A program made the translations under genes and the position numbers. A DNA stretch of 63,153 nucleotides, filler included, from Hyphochytrium catenoides (lineage: Eukaryota; Protista; Hyphochytriomycota), in assembly GCA_900088475.1 (NCBI GenBank). It is 13 parts of 13 records of this genome, joined end to end, with 100 filler letters (N's around TTAATTAATTAA, not from the genome) between each part and the next. Parts side by side here need not be neighbours in the genome. Positions count along the whole stretch, not along the records: positions 21,709 to 26,215 come from FLMG01002046.1; positions 26,316 to 29,317 come from FLMG01000342.1; positions 29,418 to 42,631 come from FLMG01000783.1; 10 more parts are not named here. One strand, given 5' to 3'. Below, piece after piece: positions 23,385 through 35,900 of the stretch; positions within the stretch are counted from its first letter, which is position 1; the number at the start of each line of letters is the position of its first letter. The notes beneath the pieces are model-generated. The model worked only from the letters and a program-made list of their open reading frames with translations. It searched no databases and was not told where the DNA came from.

Positions 23385-25164
23385 AAGCTGAAACTTGGTT
23401 AGTTAAGCTTGCCAGCTTGTAGTCCACCACATAGCTATGTCCTCAAACTCCAACCCTCCCCGCAGCTCGAACTCCCTATTGTGAAGAGTCGAAGCTGGAC
23501 ATTCGACACCTCCCCGCATGCTGTAGACCGCTAGAAAGAGATTACTTGGTTCTTGGCTTTCCATTCTACAGATTTCTGGATGTAGGATGAACAGCGCGGT
23601 TGCCGAGATGTTGTTTCCTTAGCCTCTTTGATGAACGCGTCGAGATCTCCAGAAAATTGCACATTGTCTGATTAATTCAGTGCTAGCTAGAAGGTTTGGA
23701 GAATATTGTTATCAGCGTCAAGGGTTTCTTGATTCGAGGCCTGCGTAATGATACATTGTCCTTCATTTGGATCCTCGGGACCTTGATGTTGGTTGCTCCT
23801 GTGCGTGCTTCCTCTTCGGAAAGAGATAATTTACTTGGTTGTTGGGACGTTTCCTTAGCGATGAGCTGGTTGTGTTCTTCACTTTACTGCTTCACGATAA
23901 GAAGTCTTCTTCTTTGATGAAGATAAGTCAATAATTTTCTCTAACGCTTTTGACAGATTCTGCTTAGAGCGCTGTTTCCAGAAAGACGGTCTGTGATGTT
24001 CTTCTGCTCGAGTTCCCAGCAATTCTCCGAAGGATGGCTGTTCCGCAAAATGGGCACTCCCGCCATTGGTCGCGAATGCTAATGTTTGATGATGATGATG
24101 ATCCTGGATGGGCCTTGTTGTTAGTCTCTTGACGACGGTGGTGATGAGGTTCCCTTATCCTTTGTTGATGTAGAGAGTATGCTGCAAAGCCTTCTCCATT
24201 ATAGCTCTTGTCGGTAGTGCGCAAAGCCCGTCTTCGGTGTTGTTCTCCGATAAGAAAATCATTTACGGCACTTAGGGTTCCGTGCACTTGGAAAAGAGGT
24301 GATTTTGAGCCGAAATCGTGCTGAAACCTTCCCTTCGAAAAGTGCTTGTATAGTTGAAATTTTCGCTGCAGGGGTAAAAATTTATACCGAAATTTTTTTA
24401 AGTGTAATTTTTCAATATTTCAAATGTTCCCTCAAAGTTTTGGTTCAAATATTCCCGAAAGTTTCGATGAAGTATGACTGCCGTTATCGGCTAGTTGATC
24501 TTGGTCTCGGTCGGAGTCGCAATGGTCCACTGGTTGGCTTAGAGCCTCAGAACAAGTTTCCGAGTCCTGGGGGACGCGTGGGCCCATAACTATAAGGGAT
24601 AATTGGACAATGTCATTAGATGAGAGTGCTCTACTTATAAGCCCCACTTGGGGTCCCACAACCTAGAGCTATTCTGCCTGTGCCAACTATTCCTAATAAA
24701 CGCTAAAATACTCAGCCATTGAGTAATCCCTGTCTAGAACAGTCGGTCTTGAAGGTATTCCGAGATACTGACCATAAGCCATAGAAATAAACAGGGACAT
24801 TTCGTTTGCTGTTGAACTGTGATCGACGCTGAAACCAAAAAGTGTACAGCGGACGACGCAGAGGGGAATCCCTGGTATATAAACAAAAATGGAGATTAGT
24901 CAAGAGTACGTTTGGTGTATGGTGCATACTGGTCAGGGTGTCGGCATCAAAGACAGAGGTCCTGGGTTCAAATCCTGGAGCGTACAAAACTTTTCTCCGG
25001 TATATTCAGACCCCCCCCCCAATATTATTTCAAAGTGCTCACCATCCAATGATATTATCTAACAGCTTCATATCTCGGCCTTCTGCTGGGCGTTTGGAGC
25101 TGAAACTTGGGTAGTTAAGCTTGCCAGCTTGTAGTCCACATAGCTGTGTCCTCAGACTCCAACA
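23385..25164 (-). mobile_element. Internally deleted Copia element: 5' LTR B (24591-25164), PBS, gag remnant, PPT, truncated 3' LTR B
   Basis: PBS GTTATGGGCCC (24590-24580), gag with frameshifted zinc knuckle ECPFCG..H...C at about 24060-24020, PPT GGGGAGG (23461-23455), then LTR B start GTTGGAGTTTGAGGAC. Confidence 0.72.
24810..25064. mobile_element. Second copy of element C (tRNA-like unit 24906-24986) inserted into LTR B
   Basis: TGTTGAA...CTAACA, 255 bp. The flanks match the uninterrupted LTR B sequence at about 21925-21945 (reverse complement). Confidence 0.85.
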
Positions 25165-25349
25165 AGTACCCCGGAATACCTTCAGGACTGACTGTTCTAG
25201 ACAGGGATACCTCTTTGACTCCATATCTTAGGCTTTATTAGGAATAGTTGGCATAGTCAGAATAGCTCTACTGTAATTGTGGCCCATAATTTGTTGGGTT
25301 TGTTTGGGATGATTGGACAATGTCATTATATTTATCTGTTGGTAGACCC

Positions 25350-25697
25350 ATCCCCGCACATCAAGATTACAAGAGCTCAATCAGTCTGCGAGATGCCGAG
25401 ACCAACAAAGTCAAAACATATTGATGTCAAGCACTGTGTGGTTAGGGATCAGGTGAATCGCGAGTCTTGGAATTGCAGCATTGTCCAACCAAGAGGATGA
25501 CTGCCGACATTCTCACAAAGGCGTTACCAGCACCTCAGTTCCAAGAACTTCTTCCAGAACTCGGGATCGTCCCTCCACTTGGGTAAGACATAAAACTAGG
25601 AAAACAGGGTCCCAGTAGCTCTCCATACTCATTCTGTCCATATGAGTAGACCACATAACCTAAATAACTTGCCTTCAAGATCCCATACACTAAAACA
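25350..25697 (+). mobile_element. Copia RNase H fragment plus 3' part of LTR A
   Basis: VCEMPRPTKSKHIDVKHCVVRDQVNR.. and frameshifted MTADILTKALPAPQFQ, followed by LTR A end ...CCCATACACTAAAACA. Confidence 0.8.
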
Positions 25698-25782
25698 GTT
25701 AGGACGTCGGCATCGAATACAAAGGTCCTGGTTCGATCCCGGTGCGTACAAAACTTTCTTCCCATCTATTCAGACACTCCCC
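25698..25782 (+). mobile_element. Truncated third copy of element C (3' half of tRNA-like unit)
   Basis: GTTAGGACGTCGGCATCGAATACAAAGGTCCTGGTTCGATCCCGGTGCGTACAAAACTTT...CAGACACTCCCC matches copies 1 and 2. Confidence 0.75.
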
Positions 25783-25925
25783 TTTAATTGACGAGCCCGA
25801 AGGGCGAAGCTTTTTTGTTTAGGTTTTTGCGTCAGGCGGTGCAGATTTTTTTTCCGATTTGTTGGTCCGCGTCTGTCTGCCTGTCTGTCTGTCTGTCTTC
25901 TGTCTGTCTGTCTGTCTGTTCACAG
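25783..25925 (+). mobile_element. Possible non-autonomous Helentron/DINE-1-like (HINE) end
   Basis: T-rich start, short hairpin GCCC-GAA-GGGC (25795-25805), then a (GTCT)n tract at 25871-25919. Confidence 0.4.
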
Positions 25926-28900
25926 GTAGTAAATCGTACCCCCCGACCAGCCCAATCCCGAGGATGACGTTAGTTCATGATTTCTTTCCAATCACCATTT
26001 CGATATGCTTTCTTGTTTCGAATAGATGTTAGTGCTTACGGAAATAGGACCATGGAAGGGGTGAAAAGAAGCCAAAAGGACTTTGGAAACAAATGCATAC
26101 GTCGTTAATTCTGTGATTGGTCAGTTTTTGTAAGCACCGAATAAGTAGTTCACAGAAAGCATATTGTGATGAACTTTACAGAGATGGGTGGCAATGCCTG
26201 AAGCTTCTGTATGAGNNNNNNNNNNNNNNNNNNNNNNNNNNNNNNNNNNNNNNNNNNNNTTAATTAATTAANNNNNNNNNNNNNNNNNNNNNNNNNNNNN
26301 NNNNNNNNNNNNNNNGTGCTGTTGTTTGTCCTCGAGCAACCGGGAAGACCGGACAGAGCAGCAGTGAGGCTGCGAGGTCGAGCGGAGAGACCCGAGAGAG
26401 CACGAGAGCTAAGGAGACCATGGTAGAAGGAGGACAACAGGGAAAGATAAATCAGAGAGAGAGAGAGAGAGAAGGACGGAGAACTGAGTGCCGTCGTTTC
26501 TTTCCTGGCAACTAGACCTGAGGACTGCTATACCATGGCTAAGAGCGAGAGGAAGGACGGCTAACGACTCTGCCCGTTAGTTTGGGACGCTGGAGCAGAG
26601 TATCAACAAGACGCAGGGAAGAGAAAAAGAGAGAGGAAGACAGCGAAGAAAGAGATCTCCACAGCGCGGAACAGGAAACGATTGCTGGAGCTGACACAGT
26701 GAAGTCTGGAAAAAAAATCAATTGCCATCGTCTCCGCCATTGACAACAACTGGGAAAAGTTCTAGGTTCTCTCTCGCTGCCCATAACACCTTTCTGTACT
26801 TTGAAAGACAGCAAGAGACAAGGGTAGAAAGGANNNNNNNNNNNNNNNNNNNNNNNNNNNNNNNNNNNNNNNNNNNNNNNNNNNNNNNNNNNNNNNNNNN
26901 GAGGTGATGCTTGGAGGAGGTGACGAAGAAAGAGCCAGTCATCAGAACCATGACATCCTGGTGAGACGAGGGCTGAAACAAGTTTATTCCGACTCTCATC
27001 ATCATAATGCTTGTCTCTCCCATTCTCTCTCTCTGGGTCTTTCTTTGTCTGTCTCTCCCTCTCTCTCTTTTCTCTCTCTCTCTATGTCTCTATCCCTCTC
27101 TCTTTTCTCTCTCTCTGTCTGGCTCTGTGTGTCTCTCTTCTCTTCTCTCTTTGGCTGTCTGTCTGTCTCTGTCTCTCTCTGTTGTGTCTGTCTGTCTGTC
27201 TGTCTGTTTCTTTCTCTCTCTCTTCTTCTCTCTCTCGCTCTGTATCATCTGGTCTGTCTTTTCTCTGTCTCTCTCGCTCTCTCTGTCTGTCTCTCACCCC
27301 TCCTCCTGTCCCCCCTCTCTTTCTGTCTCTCTCTCCCTTCTCCTCTTCACCAAAGCAATACCTCTCGACTCTCTGTATCGTATCACCTTCCCTTCTCCTC
27401 TCCTTTTTTCCTCATCTCTTCTCACTCTGTCTGACCGTTCCAGTACTCTGTCTTGAGGGCCACCTGGAACACAGGCCATACAGATACAAAGTTCTAAGAG
27501 TTTCTGCTATTTTCTTCAACTTCCTCGAGCCGCACCAGCTGAGACCTTCGACAGTCAGATTTTCAACGAAGAGAAGACGCTAGCGACAGCAGAGATTCTC
27601 CTTATCTCTTGCATATTGAGGAGAAGCGGCCAACAACGTCTGCTTGTCGATGGCCAACCCCAAGGGTAGTAGTACGCAGCGAGTCCAAGGGATTCTCGCG
27701 GCAGAAGTGGGGGAGGAGCGTCCAGGAAAGACAGAGCGACTGGAAGGAAAGGAACGCAAGATGCATGAAGCTGGACAGCCCGCCGTGAAGGGAAGGAAGA
27801 CTTGGGCCTCGGTGTTTCGTAGCTGGTTCTCTTCTTCCGACAAGCACCTCGCCCCGGCAGCTGCAGAAAAACGCAATGCCACGGAGAAGGGTGATGCTCG
27901 TCAGCCACTGTCCCTAAAGCCAGACCAGAGCCACACAAAGAGGCCTGTCGTTGCAGATAAATCTCATGCAGGTCCAAGCAGGCCGCGTCCGCAGTCTCGT
28001 CGAAATTCTAAGCTGAAGTTTGCAAGTGATTGCCTAGCGTTTACTCCTGGCTGTTGATGGCAGCCTGAAGAAGAAGCTTATTTGCCGGACTTTCTTTCAT
28101 CTTCTTGCCTGCGCGAAATGCGTCCGTGGAGATTGCACAGCTTCAGGCTGACTCAATCGACTACAAGCTTAACAGAGATTGAGAAGACAACTGCTTTCTC
28201 CTTCGGAGAGCCCGCCTAAACTTTCCTGCTGCGACGCTATCTTGCTTATAAGAAGATCTCCGTCGCCGATGGCTCATACTTGTGCACTTCCCTCCTACTG
28301 CGTCAAATCTAGACGAGTGGCTTTCAGAGTTGCGTCGCCTTGGTATGGGAACTTAGACAGGCATGTCTGCTATCAATCATGCGCCACATCAGGGCCACTG
28401 GTGGGTCGTAGCAGGAAGGCTCTGACCCCAATAATGTTATTGTGGAGGTGAGTTGTTGTTGACCTTAGCTTAGGAAGGGCCTTGGTGGCAGCGGTCATCC
28501 TCTTCTGTACTGGTTGATACGCTGGATAGCCTTGGTAAGCGTGACACTGGCATCTTCCCATAGAACTGATGGTGAGCTCTCGAGCTATTGATCTTTAACA
28601 TGGCAGCGCCTGAGTTCAAAGCGACAGTGCTAGTAGTGCTGCTGGCGGAGCTGGAGTAATGCAACGGTGCCGGCTCGAAGTAATTGGAGGTGATCATACA
28701 GCCTCAGCCTCAAACGCCTCGAAGGAGGACCTAATATCCTGCAGATAGTCTCCCCATTCCAGTTGAAAGCAGCATCCCGTTCCTGACACTATCAGGTTGT
28801 TGGTTATTGATAAGGCTTTGGTGCAGAGTAGCCAGGGCCTTGGTGTATTGACAACCATAGATCTTTGTCTCATAAAGCCTTCTTCCGTCTCACATGGCTC

Positions 28901-30109
28901 GTCGCGATACGACGTCCCCAATCATCAGCGAATATGATATGGCTTGTCCAAAAGCTGAAGCTTCTAGAGCTCCGCTTAGTCTTCGGAGTGCAACTTGAAC
29001 CCAGAGAAAGAAGCCGACTGTACAGAGGACAGCCGATAGTAGCATCCTTCATCATTGTCTTTTATCTCTAGTACTCTCCTCATAGGATAACCCCGTTCTT
29101 GTGGAGATAATCAACTATACTTTTCTATTGACGGCCTAAGTTGTTACGTGCACACAACCAGCAAAGAGTCCATCGGACGGGGTGCTGGCTATAAGTGGAG
29201 CTCGGTCAATGGCTAGGACCACTCTCTAACGATAAAAAGCAGAAAGGTGTTGGTTGCTGAGCAGGCGGGGATCCAGAGTGCCTAAGCATTCAGATCCACA
29301 TCTTTTATAAGGCAAGGNNNNNNNNNNNNNNNNNNNNNNNNNNNNNNNNNNNNNNNNNNNNTTAATTAATTAANNNNNNNNNNNNNNNNNNNNNNNNNNN
29401 NNNNNNNNNNNNNNNNNCTTCTTCAACGGAACCTAAACGCTTCATGGCTGTGCCAGAGTCAGTCGTCGACAAGGCTCTTTCTTTCCAGTCGAGGTCCCAC
29501 AAACTCTTCTCTTGATCATAGACAGGGTAGGAGATGAGGAAGAGGAACAATAGAGTCACTAAATGACAAGTAAGAGAGAGAGAGAGAAAAGGCAACAATA
29601 GTAGCAGAATGATGAAGAAAACAAGAGAGAAAGACAGAGGATGCCAAGCTAAAGCTAAGGGGAAAGAGATATACCATTGTAAGATTGAATTAAGGTTAGG
29701 AAAGAGTAAGGACCGAAGCTTCTCTCTCTCTTTCTTCACTCGAGGAAAGCCGTGGCGTCGTTTGTCGTACGGCGCCGCGCTTGAGCTTCTACAGTCATCT
29801 GTACAGACTCTGTCACTCTCACTCTCTCTCATGCCGCCTGCTTGCCTCTCGCAACAAGTATATCCTGTCAAATGGGCAAGAGAGAGAAGAGACCTCTTCT
29901 CAAGCGAGAGGAAGGAAGGACAATTGAAGAGTAGGAAGGAGCTGAGCCTAGAGAGAAGGAAGACAAAATAAAGAGTGAACCCAAAGTAGACAGTTACGCC
30001 CTTTCCCTCTCTTTGAGAGAGAAAGAGAGGAAAAGAGAGAGAGAGAGAGGCATAGGATATTCTGGTCGGGGTGGTTGTACGTCTGTCATGACCCCTTTAT
30101 CTCCGTCAT

Positions 30110-31158
30110 TTATACAGACTTGACGGCGTCCGTCACGATCCTGTTCTGCGAGTTTCTTTTGTTCTTTCGTCTGTTTCTCTTCTTTTGAGACTTGGACTTG
30201 GAAGGGCTGGACTGCTCAGAGAGAGGACTTCCACCTCGTGAGTCTGTCACCGGAGGCGTTTCTAGCTGCGTGTCCACCTGGGGAGAGCCCTTCTCTCTCT
30301 CTTCCTCTCTCTCCTGTTCTGGCTGCTCTTCTACTGCTTTCTGATTGCCGTTCAGAGAGAGAGAGAGGGAAGCTGGCTGGTTGTTCTCTCTTTCTTCTTC
30401 CGCGGCTTGTCCTGGTTCTTCCGTCTTCTCCGTCTCTGGCGCCTTGGAAGTGTCAGCATAGGCGGGAGACTCTTGCACGGACTTGGGCACGGGCTCTTCT
30501 GTCTCTTGATTATTTTCTTCCTGCTGCTGTTCCTGCGGTATCTCTTTCTCTCTCTCTTCCTCTTGCTGCACGACAGTCTCTTCTCTTGGTGCTTGGCTCT
30601 CCTCGGTCTCTTTCTCTTGCGGAAGAGCTTCTTCCTCTTTCTGCTCTTCCACTTTCGCCCCTTCTTCTTCTTCTTTCTTCGAACTCTCTTCCTCTTCTCT
30701 CTTCACCTCTCTCTTATTGTCTCTCTCTTCTCTCTTCTCTTCCTCCTTCTCCTCCTCTATGAGTTGGCTCTCTCCGTTGCTGAAACGAAAGACATCGTCC
30801 AGGTCGTCAAAGACGCAATCTGTCAGTTCTACGTGGATGGGAGTGGGAGGAACAGGTTCTTCGTCCTGCAGGGAGAGAGAGAGAGAAAAAAGAAGATCAG
30901 GAGAGAAGGAGAGCGAGAGAGGGAGGAAGAAGAGAAGAGAGAGAGAGAAAGCGAGCGATGAAGAGCGGATGAAAAAGAGAAAGAGAGGGAGAAGAGACAA
31001 ATGGAGAAAAAAAGAGAGCCAGACCGCACGTTAAAAAGATATTTTGCCTGCACCTCTCTCCCTCTCGCACCTGGACACTTTCAGCTTCTTTCTTGGTGCG
31101 GAAGGTCGGCCGTAGGCTCAACAACTTAGCCGAGAACCGGCGGGCAAGCGAGGTCATC
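30110..31158 (-). CDS. Hypothetical acidic low-complexity protein with basic C-terminal NLS-like tail, 2 exons
   Basis: MTSLARRFSAKLLSLRPTFRTKKEAESVQ|DEEPVPPTPIHVELTDCVFDDLDDVFRF... Glu-rich body, ending KKRNRRKNKR. GT-AG intron about 31071-30867. Confidence 0.55.
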
Positions 31159-32463
31159 TTGACTTGAGGAGAAGGAGAGAGAGAGAGATGCTGTCTCTCG
31201 ATCTGGCCTCTCTTTTCTATCTTTTCCTGGATCTGCAAGCTCTGTGGCAAGGGCTGCAGAATAATCTCTGTCTTCTGTTGGAAGATGGAGCGGAGCCATC
31301 AGCGGCACCACCACCAGCAAGCACAGCGAAAGGAAAGGAAGAAGAGAAAGATCAAATCAGCGAGGGACTTGGGAGAGAGAGAGAGAAAAGAGAGAGAAGA
31401 GGGAGGGAGAGGAGAGACAAGAGAGAGAGACACACACACAAACACAGAGAGAGAGAGAGAGAGAAAGAGAGACAAAAGAGAGAGAGAGAGAGAGAGAGAA
31501 AGAGGGAGAGAGAGACAGAGAGAGAGAGAATCAATCAAAATAAGGAAAAAAAGAAGCCGCCAGGCAGGTCCGCCGCTGCTGCTGATAGACGAGGAAGACA
31601 GGAAGGGACATTCCCCTGACTAGTGAGCCAGAGTGAGTAGACGTCAGACAGACAACCATCAAGGTACGATAATTTGGCTTTTGGTTGTATATGCTGCTAG
31701 ACAGATCAAAGAGAGGTACAGTAAAGACAAAGAGAGATGGCAAACGCAATGAGGTCTGATGATGGAACACTTTCTGATGGGACCTAGCAAAACATTACTA
31801 ATCAGCGTAGCAACATAAATACTAAGGAATAAGCATTGGATACGGGCGTATTATTAGATTGCTAAGTCATAGTAATACTGGAACTGCGCCTATCGTACAT
31901 AGATCTATTACTGATTATGTGGACAGCTAGTCCTAGTAATAGGCGGCTCTGACTGTCAACATCGTTCATCAATGCGTTTCTGCCTAATAAAATGTATGCT
32001 CTTAGGCCTAAACGGGACCTTCCCGTGCAGATCACATATATACAACCAGAATTCCATCTTTATACAAATAAATAAGCATTCTGATTCAGAAGATTAGCGT
32101 CGAGCATTGATGCCCAAAGTTTTGTTGAAGCTCTAGTGTCTCCTAATATCAACTATGGACTTCCTCTCTGCACTGGCGCCACTGATCGAACACGGCACCG
32201 AAGCTTCAAAAGCGCGGCACCAAGGCGGCCCAGCCATCGCGTCATCGCTTCGGTTCATCACTTGCAGAGCGAGAGCGAGCGAGCGAGAGAGAGAGAGNNN
32301 NNNNNNNNNNNNNNNNNNNNNNNNNNNNNNNNNNNNNNNNNNNNNAGACAGAGAGAGAGAGAGAGACAGAGAAAGAAAGTTTTCATGCTTTCTACAGTCT
32401 CTCTCTTTTCCTCTCTCTCAACAAGACACAGCTGAAAAGAAAGAGTGAAAAAAAAGAGAGAGA

Positions 32464-32503
<40 letters not shown>

Positions 32504-32554
32504 CAGCTGCATAAAAATGAGGGAGAGATTGTGTCAGGGAGAACCGCTTTATAG

Positions 32555-32597
<43 letters not shown>

Positions 32598-32998
32598 GGC
32601 AGAAGAGTCAATAGGGAAGAAGCGAGAGAGACATGGACAAAGGGCAAAAGGGAGTTAGAGACAAAAGAAACAGAGGGAGCCAGAGACAGAGAGAGAAAGC
32701 ACAAGTAGCAGGAGGAAATAGAAGATGTACTCCCAGCTACACTTCTCCCACCAAGAGTGAGATTGCGTTGAGCCTGAAGGATGACGCGGAGAAGAGAGCC
32801 GCCAACATTGGGAAAGGCGTAAGCACGCAAGGGAAGGCGCCGAATTATCGACTGCACGACGCCGTAGCAGGGATTAGCTAGACAGCAGCCGCGGCTATTG
32901 AGAGGCTACAGGGAGAGAGCTTCACTGCAGACGATTGACCATGCCCCTTCATGAGCTGCCAGCATTTCTTACATACCGGCACCTTGCGGGATTTGGCT

Positions 32999-35900
32999 TT
33001 ATCCATAGGCTGTGCCGCCGCTGATTTGAAGCAAAATCAGTTGAGTCAGACTTTGAAGAGACCTCTTCTTCCTCCTCCTGCTGCACGTCAGCGTTTTCTG
33101 CTTGAGCCTGGTTTGCCGCTGCAGCTGCACGCGCTGTCTCCGCCTAATTGTCTCTGCGGAAAACCAAGATATGATCTGCGCTTCTGACAGAAGAAGCTTT
33201 CTGTTTGCCATTAGCAACAGAGAACTCTCGGGCCATCCTCGCGTGGGCCTGGCGCTCACTTATACGAGAACCTTGGTTCTCGTACTGCTGGCGGAGGAAG
33301 CTAATCTGCTCGGAAGTGAAGCGGTTCGCACCCTTCTGTGCCGGGTTTACGGTACATATCAGGGTGGTAGTATCGGCTCCTCTGAAGTCGTTCATATAAG
33401 AAGAAGATAGCCGTCAGCAGGGTCGTTGATACTGTTTCCTCCACATGTGCCCGCTGCGTCTTACCTCTTCATGATCAGGAGATGAAGCTGACACTCGTGC
33501 TCCATGATCCTCATCCTCCAAGCTTCCCTCCTCCTCTATCTCCATGTATTGCAGGTAGTCGTCCTCCTCTTCGACCTGATGAGCCTACCATTCACCTATC
33601 AGGTAAATGCCTAGTCTAAGAAGCTAAAGCAGGGAAGGAGAGCACTGACCAAAGCGTTGATGTCTTCAATGGAAACAACAATATCAGAGAGTAGTAGAGA
33701 GTCATCGTCATCCAAGACTCCATCATCGGACTACTCTCTTCAGTGTCACCCCTCTCCTCTTCCTCCGCATCGCTTACACTTGTCCGCAAAGGGGTTCTGA
33801 GTACTACTGACCAAGGCAACAAAAGTAACAGGTTTGAGCGAGGCTAGGAGACGAAGAGTCGTCAGTGCGGTAACCCGACTTATGCCGTACCGCCACCTTT
33901 GCGCGCATTGGACACATTAAGAGTGATGGCCAGTGTCTACACCACGTCGCTTTCGCCGTTTGTCCCCTTCCTCATTCTCTGGCTGTAGGCTTCTCTCTCC
34001 TGAGCAGACATTGGCCTAGCTGGTTTCACTAACGACGCTCGATCCCTTCAGCCTCTCACAGCTAAGGTAAGGGTGTAAGTTCCTTTGACTAACTAGTTCT
34101 GTCAAGTCAAGGTCTGAGGGGCCATCAACATATAAAAGGGAACGAGTAAAGCGACTATCGCTTCCCCATCAAGTGTTAGATCACCCGCCAGTGCGTCTAT
34201 AGGCAGCAGCAATGCCCAGTGATAATTCTTCACTTCCTGGGCCAGCTTTTGAAGGCTTGCACTGTCCAAGAGCTTCCCTCTACCTATGCCATAACGGTGA
34301 ATAATCTGGCACCTACTTTTCCCTGAGGAGGCGCTGGTATTGAGTCTGGGCAGCTGCGTCTATTCACCTGAAGCCTCTTCTGTCGGACAATTGCTGATAC
34401 CTTCTTCTTCGACCTACTGCCGCCAAATAATAGTTCTTGATTCCCTCTTGGGTTAACACTTTGGTCTCTTCTTGGCGCTCGAGAAGGGAATCAAGGCTAC
34501 TTATTGGCGGCAGTAGGTCGAAGAACCTTCACGTTGATGGAAGCGCCCCTCTAAGAGATCACCTGATGTTACTCGATCCCGATCTGAAGAAAGAAAGATC
34601 AACAGTTGCCGACCGAGATCAGCAAAATCCTGATCTACGCGATCTTCTCCCCCACCAGCCTCCGTAATGAGATGGGACCTATAACCTTCATTCCACTTGG
34701 GGCGGCGGAGGAAAGACCGAGGAAAAATCCTGTTCCAGAGTGATTCCCAGCACCATCACTCTGCACAATAATGACCTGCTTCTTCTTGCCATCAGTGGCT
34801 GCAGAAAGCTCCTGCAGGCATGTCGAAAGGAGAACCAGCGATTGCGACCAATCTTGTTGACTTTCGTCCGAAGACAAAGCTCGGATGCTAGTGAACTGGA
34901 ACACACCTAGATGTTAACCACAAGAAGGAAGGCATTGAATCTAACAGTCGTTCTAGCAGCAATTTTAGCGATAAGACTCCTCTCATCAATGTGCAGCTCG
35001 TACTTGCTTCATCCTTATAGATAGCCACGGCGCCGAAGATTGATTCCTGACTTGCCGATGTACTGCGCCTGAGTCTCACGATGCCACCGTGGCAGCCATT
35101 TTATCTTATGGTCGATTATGACCACAGCTTAGCCGCGCTGCTTGAGCCCATCACGGACTCAGAGTTTGGCGAGGGTAGAAAATCTCTTGCGCGCTTGATG
35201 GGCACCATAGTGCTCTCTATTGCGCTCACAGACAGACACTCTGTCTTGACTATCCTCCATGATACGATGGCTGAGATCAGACAAGGGAAGTGCTGATATT
35301 CCACTAGGTAGCCTCGTCTATCAAGCTTTCAAAGATTGCCTTCCATTTGCCCTTGAGCTCGCAGCTAATGACAAGAGATTAGAGTCCCTAGGCCAGATTA
35401 TCCCTGCAGAAGGGCTCAGCGATATTTTTGTGCAAGCTTACCATCCTTTGGGTCTCGTATCGTGATCATGAGTGCAGGGATGGGCGAAGGTATCATCTGT
35501 CTTTCCTGAATTATCATCATACAAGGAAAGTCCATGTCTAAGGCACAATCGACCACTCGATGAGGAGGATAACTGAAGTTCCTGCTTGAAAGCATTCCAG
35601 TAGTCGTTCTGCAGGGCTTTGACTGTCTTCAGCAGTGCATCCGCTCGCTGCGTGTGTGTCGGCGCGCAGTACGGCTGTTGCTGTGGGTTGCTGCTGAGGA
35701 GGTTGAAAAGCAATAATGTCATGAAGCTCAGCTCGATGAGAAGGTCTCTCAAGTCCTGGAAGGGTTTGAAGCCATACTTCGCACATTGATCGCAAAGACA
35801 CGATGTCGGGCACCATCTCTTCAGTCCCAAGCTTCTTAGGAATAGCTCGGAACTTGGTCTTTCGACGTACATCCTTTTCTCCTCGTCGGTCCAAGACAAG

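Noticed and set aside
26296-29317. Possible gene or transposon in this contig
   Set aside because: There are coding-like fragments with many stops and no motif I can recognise. It may be a decayed element, but I cannot support a call.
29418-29880. Possible exons of a minus-strand gene
   Set aside because: Short, truncated at the contig end, with no recognisable domain or secure start.
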